DNA of 57,497 nt, filler included, from Sphacelaria rigidula (taxonomy: Eukaryota): NCBI GenBank assembly GCA_964200075.2. It is 6 parts of 6 records of this genome, joined end to end, with 100 filler letters (N's around TTAATTAATTAA, not from the genome) between each part and the next. Parts side by side here need not be neighbours in the genome. Positions count along the whole stretch, not along the records: positions 28,801 to 38,299 come from CAXNAA020008348.1; positions 38,400 to 47,898 come from CAXNAA020008349.1; 4 more parts are not named here. One strand, given 5' to 3'. The translations under genes and the position numbers were made by a program. Shown here one piece after another: positions 34,201 to 47,998 of the stretch (position 1 is the first letter of the stretch; every line of letters begins with the position of its first letter). A model generated the notes under the pieces. The model was not told the DNA's origin. It was given only the letters and a program-made list of their open reading frames with translations, and ran no database searches.

Positions 34201-36164
34201 ATGCATTCCTGGAGAGCGCAATTGTTGAGGAGATTTTTTGTCTTGCTGGGTGAAGGTTCCTACCGTGCCTCTTCGTTTTTTTGCCGTGTACAGCCCGTGT
34301 GATGCCGATGATTCGCTGCTCTCGTTAGATGTCATTCGTACCGCGCAGCGCAAAACAGTCGGCAGCGGTGTTCATTCTCTTCCTACGACTTTCGATCAAG
34401 CTACCTTGACTGACGATGGTCTGTTTCGCGTGCGTGTTGGCAGTAGAGATGGTTTGTGGATTCCATCGGATAATAGGGGTCTACAGACTCGCTTGATGGT
34501 GTGCGCTCACATGCGGCCGGCTGGTCACCGTGGTGTGGCGTCGACTCTGTTTCGTTTGAAAGAATACTGTGTGTGGCCTCACATGGATTTCCACGTTCGC
34601 GAGTTCGTTCGCCAGTGTTTGCATTATGTAGACACTCGTGCTGGTGCGATTATACCTCGTCCGTATGTCGATACTGTGCATGGTACTGTGCCAGGTGAAG
34701 TTGTTCCCTTTGATTTTTTGTATGTCGGAAGCAGCGGTCCTAAAGGTGCTAATGGTTTGCCTGATGAGGATGGTTTTCGGTACGTTTTGGTCATCATGGA
34801 TAATTGGTCCAATTTGGTGTGGTTGGAGCCGACCGAGGCTTGCACCGCCGAGGTTACGGCTAAGCATTTGCTCCATTGGTGCAAGACTTTGGGGGTGTCG
34901 CGTGTGTGAATTAGTGATACCGCCACGCGCTTCAAGAATAGAGCAACCGCGCAGCTGAGCGCTGCGCTCAAGGTACAACATCAATTTGCTGTTGCGTGTA
35001 CCTCTTGGTCGAATGGTGCTTGTAAACGCATGGTTAAAGACGTTGTTCGTGCGTTGTGATCCATTTTGTCAGAACAAAGACGACCGGTGTCTAAATGGAC
35101 TGATGTTTTACCAGCCGCTCAGTTGGCGCTGAATACTTTTTTTCGTGAACGCTACCGTAACATTTCGTATTATGTGGTGTTTGGGCGTGCGCCGCGTACA
35201 GCGTTTCCGCGCTGGCTTCTGTCACTGGCGGTGAGTGGAACGTCGATGTCATGGATGCTGATACGTTGCGTGACAAGGTTTCAGGTGTGGTTGACGACCA
35301 AGTGCGGTTTTGTAACGAAGTGCAACCTGCTGTCGTGGTGTGTCGCGAAACCTAACGCAAGTTTGCTCAGGGCTAGGCTGTATTGCCCAAGTTTGCAGTT
35401 GGAGATTTCGTCTCGTATGCCCGTGTTCGTAGGCAAGGTGCGACGCCCAAGTATATGTCCACATGGACAGGGCCGTGGCAAGTCGTCGGAGCCGATCACG
35501 CTCACGTGTATTCGGTGCAGAACATTGTTTCGGGCGCCGTACACTCGACCCATGTCGCTCGTCATCACAGCGGAACAGAAATACATATTTCAGCATTCGT
35601 ATACTCAAGGTGAATGTCAGATGAATTCTTTGGTGCACGTCGCTGAGGATGACAATGGTGATGTCATTGTTTTGGTCGATTTGGATGGATGCTGTGCTGA
35701 CGAACGCACGTGGGAGTCTATTCGCAAGATTTATTCTTCTGCACCTGAATGTGTTTTGAAGGAACTGCGTTAACTGCGGTTGACTCGGGCGCTGCAAAGT
35801 AAATTAGCGTCGGAGTATGGTGTTTCTTTGTGATCTGGCGCATGCGATTTTGCCTTGGTTTTTGTTGCTTGTCACGTTCATTTGTCTTGAACTCGCTTTG
35901 AGGGTGCGGTAGCCAAATGATACCAAGCCGTAAGGTTTCAGTATCATCGCATGGATAATTGGAGCAGTAGTGGCAGGGGACAGGGGATCCTGGATTGATG
36001 GCCCTTTTCTGTGTGGCCTCTTGCCGTCTGGCTCGTGATCTGTTGAGGATCACTCCGTGATGATGACAAGTTAGAAGAAAGGACGTGTCGAGCACGAGGC
36101 CAGTGATACTGGAAGAGTCCCTTGCTGAAATTCCTCTTGTTCAGATCGTCTGGCAGAGGCTATA
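31299..36164 (+). mobile_element. Decayed Ty3/Gypsy chromovirus-like LTR retrotransposon with 4-bp TSD ACCC; 3' LTR 35908-36164; 5' LTR truncated (31299-31379)
   Basis: Domain order: Gag knuckle (CYNYGDTGHLIKDC), protease (VILDSGS), RT (WASP, LQGYWQMPL, VWNDDV), RNase H (FPDASD, IFTDH), integrase (H..GHRG, FDFLYVG, VIMDNWS), WTGPW, chromo-like (ERTWES). Termini accc|TGTAGCC and GGCTATA|accc. Many stops and frameshifts. Confidence 0.93.
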
Positions 36165-36406
36165 ACCCTGTATGTTGGTATTTTGATACATCAAACACGC
36201 CAGGAGCTGTTCGATGACCCTTCAGTGAAGAACTCTCATGGAGGAAAACGCTCTGTGCTCGTTGCGCTCACACCGCATGCCCACGTAAGCTACTGTAGTG
36301 GTTGAACTGTCTTGTACACTTACTTGCAGTGTCCTCTGTCCTGCATCTTTGTTTTACTGTACTCTCCTGTATTGTACTGACCTTGGGAATCCGTGATTTT
36401 CGATTT

Positions 36407-36510
36407 ACCCTTAGACAGCGGTGAGGGTAGTCCATCTGGATCACGCATACCTTTTTCAAGTCAATATTGATGCCGATTCTGCAGGTGACCTACCCTCGCG
36501 GTCAAAGGGT
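36407..36510. mobile_element. Diverged piggyBac-type mini-MITE (same family as 25860-25958); further ends at ~9885-9929, 56330-56402 and 56403-56782
   Basis: cccttagac.gcg...gggtagtccatctggat...gatgccgatt...gtgacctaccctcgcggtcaaaggg. Confidence 0.8.
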
Positions 36511-39219
36511 TGATTCACCAGTTATAATGACACTTTCTAGAACAGCCTCCCCACAGAAGTGGCTCGTTTGGGGAAATAAAATCTACACATGGATCGAAAT
36601 GAAAAAAATCTGGGGGCAATGAGCAGTTGGGAATTCGAACGTTTAGCTTCGTTTTCGCCTGTGTCGTCCATATGAGGCGCTTTATGCAGCCTAAAGCCAA
36701 ACATCAGGCGCTACTTGACCATTTTCTTCGCGACAGTTTTGGGCTAGTTTTGGGGAAGGCTAGAGTAGAAAGTGTTCAATACACCTTTCATCAGGTCTGT
36801 TTCAGTTCCTGAACCAGCTGCAGAATAAACACACCGTTGTATGCCAAAAGCAGTTTTAAATACACAATTATTGGACATTTGAGCCGAAACAGTCGATATG
36901 AAAACCGAACCACGCCAAATCGCCGGTGACGGAAACAATATGAGGGGGGAAATGTTCTCTCAGAATAGACTACACCACAAGCGCTCGTGATCCGAATGGA
37001 ACAAGATTCCCCATACGAACCACGAAGAGTTTGAAATAGTTACCCTAGGAGTAATCATATACAAAACCCAACCCAAAAGTGATCCACTGGAATACATGGA
37101 GATGTAGACTCTGGCCAACATTATTACCTGGGTTTAGGTGCAAGACTGCGGAACAAAGTATGTGCGTGTTACGGCTGGTTGATGGATGGCGGGTCTGCGA
37201 GTATGATCGGTGGACCCCGCAAGTATTTCATCTAGATTCTGCTTCTGCTCACTCAGTGGGAGAGAAGCTGGGATACTGCTCTCCGGTATAGTGAGCAGCT
37301 AAGACGAATGTATGAATGACCACAGCTGCTGAAGTCTGCGTGCCCAGAATGGGAGGAGTCTACGTAGCTTTCTGGTCTCGAGTGCATTACTCTATAATAA
37401 CATTCATTGGATGTGCTGAAAGATGGCCGACACATCAAGACAGAGGTCAGTCTGCAGGCCTGACCCGCTTGCAGCAAACATGGCCTAAATTTCTCGGGAT
37501 TGTGTTTTCACGTAAGACCCCAAAACTTCGCGGTTATCGGGATAAAAAAATGTATGACGCATAGTAGTTGTCAATAGCTACCAGTAGGTGAAGAAACGCA
37601 ACCATACTTCGAAGAACTGGTGGTATAGATACTTTTCAAAGATATAGATTTTGGTTTTTCAGGTTATCATCCTCAATGAAAAGCTCGATCCTCAATTCTG
37701 AGAATCGGCCGCTATCACCTGGGGTGCTTGCTGGGGTGGTGAGCGCCGGGTTCGGTGATATTGCTGAGAAGCAAGTGCTGTTGTGGTTGAGTGCTTGTTG
37801 AGGATGAGGAAATACGTTATAATTTGTATTCATGAATGACTTTGAGAACGATTGAAGCTTATTTTGGTTTTATTTGTAGTAATGTGTGGTTAATTGCTAT
37901 AGTTGAGGATTCGGAAATACATTATACCTCGTGTTTATGAATCGCTTTGAGAACGATTAAGGCTTGTTTTGGGGTGGTTTGCAGTCATGTTTGTGGTCAT
38001 GTGTGCGCATGAAGCATGTCGGTTGAGCGAGTATGATCGTATTTCTTGTGCCGAGTGAAATGCTGACGTACACGTGGATGTTTTGTATCTGTGTGTCGTG
38101 CAGCTCTGGTTAGCAGACTTGATGCATGGCGGCTTCTACAAAGAAGGACGTATTGTATGTGCCGGGTGAAATGCTGTCATTCCTCGAACTTTTACACATC
38201 AAGGATTGACCATTTTTTTTAAGATGAAACAGCCGATCATCTATGTTGAGGATGGTGCTTTTCATTTAGGATGAGAACCCGGAGGATTAAAATCTTCGTN
38301 NNNNNNNNNNNNNNNNNNNNNNNNNNNNNNNNNNNNNNNNNNNTTAATTAATTAANNNNNNNNNNNNNNNNNNNNNNNNNNNNNNNNNNNNNNNNNNNNC
38401 GTAGTGAGTGGCGTGTTTCATAGCGTCATCGCCAACCGACGCCAACCCCATCGGGGGTCCGCCCCTACAAAGCCGTGTGTGTGGGGGGGGGGCGGCAAGT
38501 ACCAATGTGTGAGTTTGCGGTCATCTACTTGCCCTTTTCGAATTCGTCCGTTCATGCCAGATGATATTCGTGAAAACTGTACATCTACGAACGTGGGTAG
38601 TATTCCACCAACACGCGAGAACTTTCAGCGCTTTTTCACGTAGTTGGGAGGTATTTTTACTAAGCACCGGTAACTTCCGAACATTTCTCAGCAAGAAATA
38701 TGGCAAAAAAAAAGAACTATACTCTACAGCGAGAGTAATCACATACAAGTATACCGCAAAAAGTAAAGCGTCTCTCTCTCTCTCGAGCAGACTTTGCTAG
38801 CTACCTCCTGTTGATCTGTTCTTTTGAAGACCCATAATAATTTTCGAGTGGTTGCTTGTTCCTATTGATTGTACTCGGCTGACGGATGGCGGAGTATATT
38901 TTGTTGCTGCGTGGTGCGTCTCTCCGGATTCGGGTGTTCAACAAGTACGCTACGGTGTACATTTTGTACATGGTTGGTCATTTTCCCCCTAATAATGATA
39001 GGAAAAAACATCTTCCGCGTCCCCTCGAACGCACGAACGAACAGTTGATGTAGTGCCGGTGATTTGTTTTCCGACACAACCTGCGATGGATGTTTTGATT
39101 CATATATTGTTTGGTGTCCCCTCGTCCTGAAAATTTTATTTTTGAAAGTAGTTGTTGTTCCAAAAAATCTTGCTGGCGTTTCTCAGACATACGTCAACAC
39201 CTCGCGTGTGTTGACGCGG

Positions 39220-39630
39220 CCATTCGGCTCCTCTTTGAAATGCCACTATCGCGATTATCATCCTCTCGAGGGTAAACTGATGCTGTGGAGGACAAAATAC
39301 CCTCTGGAGGACGTTTCCTCCCTGTGGAGTGGACTGTAAACGAATCCTGTAGGGAACATGTGGTGCTACAATGACTTCTGAGTTCTGAATCCCTCCAGAG
39401 CAGCAAAAACATGGTGCTCTGAAGTACGTGGTTTTGGTGGACGTCCCTCAAGGAGAAATATGAACAAAGTTCCTCTGGAGGAGAAACCGACGATGGCCTC
39501 CAGGGCACGTTTGCGACTGCAGATGACATAGCGGTGCAGTATGCCCTAGCGTGTAAGTATACCTCCGGAGTACGTACTACACCAAGCCTCTGGAGGATAC
39601 TTAAGTCCTAACCGCCTCCAGGGCACTTTA
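39220..39630. repeat. Cluster of ~10 degenerate CCTC(T/C)(G/A)GAGG-type quasi-palindromic motifs
   Basis: cctctggagg at about 39302, 39472 and 39587, cctccagggcac twice, plus cctccggag, cctccagag and cctctcgagg. Confidence 0.6.
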
Positions 39631-40815
39631 TTTGGGACACAAGCAATCTTGCAGTAGACCATCACGCCAGATATCACCCGCCGCGTTCACAGATCGAACA
39701 ATGCAAACCCCACACAACTCATTCCCAGATACTTACTCCCTGAACCCTGCAGCATAGAGCGCGAGTTGGACACAGGGATAGATACACATTGCAATGGTCG
39801 CGTGTTATGTATTTCTTGTCGTTGAAAACTTGAGCATCTTATTTCATAGGTCTCAAGTTCACCGTGTGTGGGAAGTTGGGGATTGGAGGTGTTTGCTATA
39901 GCACAGCGGTATAAAAACACGGGAATATCGTAATGAAGGCCGATCGGATTCTTGGGGGGGGGGGGGGGGGGGGGGGGGGAAAAAAGACGAAAGTTTCCAA
40001 AAAAAAATGTAGAGAACACAGAGAGAGAACAGAGCATGACTGTCGGGCGGGTGTGNNNNNNNNNNAGTAGTGGATGGCTGTAGTGATGCGGGGGGCGGGA
40101 GGGGGGGGGTGTGTGAAAAAGTAAGAAAAAAAACATCATTCCCAAAAAATAATGCTGAACCCTCCCAATGACGGAACACAGATTATGCTACAGCATGGTG
40201 CTTCCACAGAAGACTGACTATAGTAGTGCGGGCGCTGTGTCGGTGCCCAAGCTGTAGAGTATGGTTTGGTGGACGTTTTGCGGAGCACACACAGGCTGCT
40301 TGAGGTCGAGAAAAATGATATTTTCGTGGAACCGGGTCAGCTAGAGCAAGCTGCCCGATGACTGGAGGAAAAACCCCCTTCGTGGAAGTTGCGTAGACGA
40401 TCGGAGTCGCACAACCCCAGGAACGTGAGGAGCGTAGTCTTCACAAGTATTGGGATCAGAAACCGCAACCGTCCGCCCCATCAAGCAATTCGTGTAAAAG
40501 TTAGCCCACGGGGGTGCGGCGGTTCAGGGTAGATAAAATGAACGAGGACCCAGCTTCACGTCTTCCCTTGGAGGACTGCGTGTTGCTGGAGCCATAACAT
40601 AGTATGGTTCGTCCGATGGAGCGCATCGTGGTGTGTGGGCTCTAATGTTTCATTGGAGCCCCCCTCCTATCCCTTGCTGTCGAGGTTAATGGTCTCATGA
40701 CTACGGCATGTAATATCATGTGCACTGCTCCCGCGCCCGTCCCGACCCGTCCCTCCCGTCCCACCCCATCCCGTCCCTATTCCCCATCACTGATTGCATG
40801 TTGTCGACGATACAG

Positions 40816-43800
40816 TTTCTTGGGCGCGTACTGCCTACGGTCGCTGAGGCTCTGGATTTGGGGGCTGAATCCGAGCGCGGAGCTCCCGTCAGTCGAAGGT
40901 ATGTGTGTGGTACTGCACAGCTCGAGTGTCGGTCAGACATATTTCTGTTGTACATTGTCTAGACGCCTCACTATATTGTACAGCACAAAGCGTGTTGTAA
41001 ACACTTTTGTGTGATGGAATGCATATTTTTTTCTTGTGTCTGTGTGTGTCCTCTTTACTCGACCACGACTACTTGCGTCTGAGTCATATTCCATTTTGGT
41101 TTCTTCGACTCGGTGAAGCTAGGGCAAAAAAACATTAAACTAAAGCAGCGCGCCATAAGAGAAACAAGCACAGAGGGATTTTTTTTTCGAGGGAGTTCTC
41201 CTTTAATCCCTTCGAAGCGAGAACAGTTGAACACGCTTCGTGATGCCGTCAAACCCCAAACCTCAAGAATTCGACGCTTCAACACTACGCTTTAACATAG
41301 CCTCGCTCCCCATCAGATCCAAATGTTGGAACCCTCTTCAGTTCGAACAATCTTCACCACGGATGTTACACCACGTAGCGTGTAATACTACTACACATTT
41401 TTTCGCGGAAACGCTGGTCTTTCACTCTACCTGTGATGGGCTTGTGCCGGATGTATGACAAGCACGGGCTCACTGGGCAAGGCAAAGGGGCCAGACAATA
41501 GGTGGACAATCCAACCGTAGTCAAATCACCTGGCGGCTGTATCACAACACTCGGGCACTACCCTCGTGTCTTATGTGTCTAGAGGTATAAGAACATTCAC
41601 GCGTAGGTATGATGATATCTCTTCTCGATTACGTAGTCTTGGGTCTTCTTCGTATCCGATTCCTCACGCTCAATCACTCAGTCTCATATCAGACTTCGCT
41701 CGGGGATGTGGGTAGTGGCAGCCGGAGGGCTGTCATCCACGTTACTATCCCTGCTATATACAAGTTCACACTCGTATCTGACCAACTCTAAACAGACCTG
41801 CAGTCTTGAAATAGCCTGGGATGAAATCTATAGCAGGACTCAACGGGTCTCTGAGGCGGCATAACAACAGGCTGATACGCTCCTCTTGACACTAGCCCAC
41901 CCATACAAACCTTCACTGTATCACGGCTGCGAGAATTTTTCCTTAAGAGCAGCGAAAACTAAGGTTTTTCTTTACTCGTGAAGTCGTGAGCGGCTTATAA
42001 GGCACTCCTAAGGAAACACTCTCGTACCCACCTCAAAATAAGGGAAGCATATACTGCTTCGAGGAGCAGAACAAAACTGCTTCGAAAGGCGGGAGCACAA
42101 ACTGCTTCTGCGTGCTATCGACCAACGAAAAAACACAAATTGCTCCGGCGTCCTAGCAAAACAAAGAGGGAAGCCAGGGAGGTGCAACAGGGAGAAGAGC
42201 TTCTACCTGGGGGGTTCCAAAGATTAAACGGCATCATCAGTATGCGACCAACACATGTTGGTCGGAAGCAAGGGAAACAAGATATGAAAATCGGTGATCC
42301 AACGAGATCTAGCGCTAGCCAAAAAGGGGATACTAGAGCTTGAGTAGTCATAGATGGGCTCCTGATAGTCTCCGATCGTCGTCCGGTGTAGGTGGTTCTG
42401 TTGTGGATGGCGTAGAGTCGGGTCCTAGCGATCGGCGCAGGATCAATTGGCCCAAGGTTAGGGACGTCATGCCGTCGTCGGGGAAGATCCCGTCCTGGGC
42501 CACATATAGACCGACAACCCGATGAACAAGTCTGCACACCGACTCCCAGGCATCGTGGAAACAGTGAAGGTGGTTGGGGCAGTGGTATGGGCCGATGTAT
42601 TTGGCAGCGGTGCGTCTCCCAACCATGGGCCAAATGGTCCTGCACATGACAATCGGCGCAGGACCAGATCAACCGCGATATGTCACGTCTATCTATGATC
42701 TTTTGCGGCGTTACGTGCCGCTTATCACTCGGACCCGGACGCCGAAATTGCTGAGGACAGTCAGAATGACGAAGGTTGGACTCCAACGAGTGCAAACTGC
42801 CGTGGGAAGAAGAATAATAGGGGGGACGGCGATGACAACGGTGGAGGAGGCTCACGCCGCCATCATGGTGGAGCACGACCCCCCTCGAGCGGATCCGGAC
42901 CGAAGCGCCCGGGCCGCAATTCCTGCAGCCAGAACCCAAAGAGACCTGACGGCAGTTCTTCTGGATCTTCCGGGAAGTCTCGGAACCGGTCTGGCACAGA
43001 CCTGCCCCCTACGACCAAGAGGCAATACTACACATGCCCTTCGTACGGCTGCCGCAGCATGTGACGTTGCCCCCCTACGAGACCACACGAAGCAGCCCAG
43101 TGCAGGATACATGCGCGATTTTCATACCCGGCATTACGGTAGGAATATCGCCGGAGAGTGCGAAGACCCCATCGCACCGGCATTCGAAATCAGCTGGAGT
43201 TTTCCTTCCAGGCACACAACGCCTGGCAACGAAGAGGGCGCACGACAGCAGGCACAATGCTGGCAGGTGGCGGCATGTTTTTCCAGGAAATGCGGAAACA
43301 GCAGCAACAGCAACAGTGACAGCGACAGCAGCAGCGGACGTTTGTGACACGAGAGCTGGCGAGGCACAGGGAGTGAAATATGGGCGCTCGGGATGCCGAG
43401 TTGGTGTTTTGGCTGCGTGGTGGTGATTTTTAAGCAAATTTCTGTCATGCTAGGGCATACCCTGAGGACTTTTTTTCTTCTTATCCTCACTGTGTGAACG
43501 CCCCCGTGGTGGAGATTCCAGAATGCTCCCGATCGAGGGATTTGGTGCCTCGATTCGTGTTCCCGCGACGGGGCTTAGGACGATCGATCCTATAGACGAA
43601 CTGTACGTGAAAGCTTCGCTTTTTCTTTGCCTTGGTTAGTCAAAGCAGCAAATCTTCGCCAAACCCGACGCGGGGAGACGTCGGAGACCGGAGGAAAGGT
43701 GACGTGTCAATCGAAACCGGTCGCGGAGAAGAGAAGTCGATGTTAGTCGATCAGTACGGCGGGGGTGTGCAGCCTGAGAAAGACGTGTGGACGATACTCG

Positions 43801-46800
43801 GGGATGTGATGGCTTCGGTCCGGGCCGTGAAGAAACTGAGTCTTGCGAAACAAGGGCGTTCATGCTATTTTGTCGGTGCGGTGGCGAAAATACCGCTGCC
43901 GCAGGCGTGATGGAAACAGTCCATCTACTACGGGGCTCACGCCGGCCGGGGCCGAGACAATGACCCAGCTTCCACAACGCCACGATAGCTTTAGTACGGA
44001 ATGTAGAGAAGGAGAGCCTCCCGAAGCGTTGACGCTCTTGTTATGTTGTCGGCGCGGCGGCGGAGCCTTGCTGCCTCGTGCGTGTGGTGACAGGTAAAAG
44101 GCGCCATGGGAACCCCGGCCTGCAGGCGGCGACAGATGACGGAGCGTTAGCGTAGTGGTAGGTTGCGTTTCTTTCCCTGCCCCGCTCTCCGCCGCTGAAG
44201 CTGAGCGGAACTAGACGCTGTTCAACATATCACCGGTTTGAGAGCACGCCGCGCATGGGTATCACAACATCCGCCATACACGTGGCATTCGCCCACGGGC
44301 CCCCGACATCAAGCTCGACCACCCGAAGCTACGAAGTATATCGCCCAGGGTGATATGGAACTCAAGGTCGACTTTCTTCCTCTGTAAAGGACGACCCGGA
44401 TGGGTACCGTAGAGTGCGATGTATCCTACCCATGCTTGATGAGATTTTGGCGCCCGGAAAATGATCATCACCTGGGGTTGGTCCTTGGAGTAGGGGTTGG
44501 TGTGAAATGTACTCCAGCACCTAAAGAGCTGTGCGTCCAGGCGTAATACCAAAACTGGCATGAATATTTTCGCTCGTGAGTGTTTTTCGGGGGCGGGGGT
44601 GAGTTGTAGCGTACAATGGAAGTGAAGGTACCTAGCTAGCGGGAATAGTGGCAGGCGGGTGAAAAGCTTCAACGGTGGCTACAACGGGAAACCGCATCTT
44701 CACGATATCCCCCATGTCTGAGGTGTTGTCAGCATCATGTTCTCGCGGGCATACCCGAGGTATCGATTGCCGAAAATCTACGCATTCCAGCCCATCTGGG
44801 GTTAACGCAGCAAACCCCCGCGAATGCTCCGAGTGGCCGGGAATTCGAAGCTGCATCCGTACGCTACTCTAGCCAACTCACCTTTGACAAAACGAGTGAA
44901 GGTAAAGATTTCGAGACCTCAGATTGCGTTGTTTGCCTCACCATCGGAATCGTTCCGCGTTCTTCAGTTTGCGTGAGAAAGTTTCTGGTTGCGGTGGGTA
45001 GATAGCTATACCATTGACGCTTTCGGTGACTTGAGTGTTGATGGGGTAGGTGGACGGATAGATGGTTCGTGTGCCGTATTGCGTATTTTTGGCACGCGAA
45101 AAATTCGAGACGTGATTCTGCGAAGAAAAAAAATCGAGATTATAATTGTAACCAAGCTACAGACAAGAGAAACGGTTCAGTTTTTCCTGGCCACCTTCCC
45201 TCCTTCACCTCTACTCGGAATGTCCGTAGTCCCAAGAAAAGCGACCTAGCTCTCCCGCGGTGCATGTCTTACAGTTTGGTATCGCGGATTGGGTCATAAC
45301 CAAGCACTCCCGCGCGGCACGTCGAGTGTCGCCGATATTTTTTTTTCTTTCCTGCTCACGTCATCATGGTTTCAATGACAGACGCCAGATACATCCAAGG
45401 GGAATAAACAAGAAAGGAAATCCACACCTGCCGGGATTCGAATCCGCATTTTTCCTCTTTTCAATAAAACTCGACCGACCACCAGGGCGCGGCGGAACTC
45501 TCGTACTGCTGTCTTCTCCTCTCTTGTTGCATAACCTCTCCAGAGATACACGAGACGCGCGTGCTGCACGGCAGGATATACAACAACCACGTAGTTCCGT
45601 CGCAGATTGTATAGACTGTAGACAACAGCGTGCCAGCATGCCAAACTGCATCGTAGTGGTGCACAAGTGATTACTCACATAAATGAAGTAAAATTGTCCT
45701 CTCCACCTTTTCCTTTCGGGGGTGGCGAGGTACGAGCATTCTAGAATGGTTGTGGGTGGAGGGGGGTGTAGTCATGATCTTGCATGCCGTAGTCATGAGG
45801 CCTTTGACCTCGCATCCCTACAAAGTTGGGGCAGAGAACGCAGAGGTTCCACAGGATCAGGTATCGGGTTTACGCTCGAGGCACCGCTACTCGGCTATCC
45901 GCTCCCTCTCTGTTGCGTGCCAAATTCTACGGGAATGATTGTGCCCTTGTCATCACGCGGTAAGTCGCGGTGTTCGATAATTGGGGTTCAATCACGGATC
46001 AAGAGTGTTGTAGAGCATGTCGCGGTAACGTGCACCTCTGAAACCTTCACGTCGTCGTTGATCTCCTTCACTTATGCGGCCGCCACCGCTACGAAGTTGA
46101 CCGTCGAAAGCAAGGCAAGTGCAACTGTCAATTTTTTCTTGACCGTATGTTCGCCCTCTTCATCTTCCGCTATTTTTTATCCCACGAGATATTCAGGATA
46201 CGGGCAGTGTCGCTGATCAAAGGCGTGGAGAGTGGACCCGAGGGTCTGACCCTTATCTCAGACAAGATTCGCGAGGGCCTTCGAGGTGTCGTGCCCGTGA
46301 ACGTGCTGATGGGGGCTAACGTGGCGAACGAGGTGGCGAGGGACGAGCTCTGCGAGTCCACAGTAAGTGAAGGATGAACGGGGGTTCTCCTCAGAGTTAT
46401 TACTCGCAGCCGTCCTGCGAGCTTTCACAGGAGATCGTGTGAAATATTCTCGAAACGGTGGTTTGCTTGTTGTAGGTGCTTTTGGAAGCAGTCTATCTCC
46501 ATCCACTTTTTTTTTTTTTCATGTGGCTTCGATCAACCCCCGGTGTAATTTTGCGGGAGAGAAAAAATTGTTGAGCGGGCCGCAAAAATGGTTGTTGGCA
46601 GTAGCATATATGGATTGATTGAATGGCTGGTTGGTTGATTGATTGAGTGTCTCACATTAACGGATCCCCCAGGTAGTCATGATCCAGCCGTGGTCATTAT
46701 CCACACGACAGACGGTACCCGAGATGAAAAGAAAAGCGGAAACACTCGCCAAAGCAAAAAAGCAAAAAAAGCAAGTAGAAGAGACAAACACAGTATACTA

Positions 46801-47394
46801 AGAAGAATAAAAAACAAAGAAGGAAAAGAACGAAACGAAACATGAAAAACAAGAAGACCCCCTTCACCCCCCGTGACCCCGCTAGCAACGGCAGGTCGCT
46901 GCCGCATGGCTCCGGTGGAAAAGATCTTGCGCAAAAGCACACATTACGAAGAGTCATAATTTCACTGTTGCAGCCGTGACTGCCCACTATTGTATAAACA
47001 CTTGCGGTCATGATCCTTCTGACCTTCCCCTTTCCTCGGGACGACTTCGCAGTCTTGAGGGATCGAACCAGCTCACCGCATGGACGGCACGCTGTCACAT
47101 GACTTCAGATATCTTCAGCGACAACAAGAATACGTGGAAAGTGACACGTGGACGTGGGCGTCGTTTGATTGCTTTAGATCGTCTCAGCGTTCCGAGGGGG
47201 GTCTTCACATCGCATTTCCTCGTAACGCCTTCCTCGTCCTTCTCCCCTCGTGTTCCCTGTTGTTGTCGGTGTCCCAGTTAGGGTTGGCGGATCAAGACTA
47301 CTTGGTCTGCCGAGATGCGGGGCTGTCTGTATCGTCGGACAGCGATGCCGTGACCCTGAAGCGCCTGTTTAACCGTTCTACTTTCCGCGTTACG
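40816..47394 (+). CDS. GPD: Glycerol-3-phosphate dehydrogenase (NAD+), partial: internal exons 40816-40898, 46197-46362, 47278-47394
   Basis: Phase-consistent splicing gives [13 protein letters not shown]...[11 protein letters not shown]...LISDKI...[24 protein letters not shown]...[18 protein letters not shown] and LMGANxAxEVA are GPD1-family motifs. The 5' exons (GxGxxG) and 3' exons (GALKN) are not visible. Confidence 0.9.
41300..42800 (-). mobile_element. 3' fragment of a Gypsy element related to 47999-55706, inverted, in a GPD intron
   Basis: 41830-42115 matches the reverse complement of 54650-54950 (e.g. gcagcgaaaactaaggtttttctt). Purine tract on the minus strand near 41300-41312. Confidence 0.65.
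45200..45490 (-). mobile_element. tRNA-derived SINE, family B, diverged
   Basis: B-box-like GATTCGAATCC on the minus strand, with a body shared with 19340-19614. Confidence 0.65.
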
Positions 47395-47754
47395 GTGAGA
47401 AACCGTGACCCTTTCAGGCCTACGAACTTCGTCCCGAAATGTACTATTCAGCCCGTTCGAAAGGTTGCCCGCTACAGTACGTTGGTGCGTGGCAAATATC
47501 GTGAACGGTTGTAATGTTGTTCTCCTTGTCACGGTTGCTAACTATCCCGTCACAAAGCGGTTATTGAAAAAAGGGTTGGAAATGCCGACGCATATCAACA
47601 CAAGCCACATCCTACAACAATACCCATGCTGGCTTGACTGCCATCGCTACTGCTGCTGCTGCTGCTGCTACTGCTGCTCGCGGGCAGTCAGCGTGTTACT
47701 TCTTCGTCTCCGCCCGTCAGTAGTGTGGGGGCAGCAGACTCTCGATGTGTCATG

Positions 47755-47898
47755 AATGTGTGTGTGTGTGTGTTGTCGTCTCATCTATTCTGGCCGCCGA
47801 TCTACATCTCTCGGTATTTGTGGGCGCACCAGCCGGGGTCACACAGGAGGAAGGTCAACACAGGAGCTTCTTCTTTTTTATTTGTGTTCAGTACCCCA
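47755..47898 (-). mobile_element. SINE family A 3' end, cut by an assembly gap
   Basis: (TG)n tail plus caccagccggggtcacacaggaggaagg. Confidence 0.85.
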
Positions 47899-47998
47899 NN
47901 NNNNNNNNNNNNNNNNNNNNNNNNNNNNNNNNNNNNNNNNNNTTAATTAATTAANNNNNNNNNNNNNNNNNNNNNNNNNNNNNNNNNNNNNNNNNNNN

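Noticed and set aside
42115-44872. Long ORFs 42115-42939, 42574-43347 and 44262-44672 as host genes
   Set aside because: No recognisable domains. They lie in a GPD intron adjoining a Gypsy fragment and are probably decayed TE sequence.
45505-45630. Possible solo LTRs (TGCTG...CAGC here; similar candidates at ~4936-5188 and ~7546-7631)
   Set aside because: Only short terminal matches, with no second copy or clear TSD in the window.
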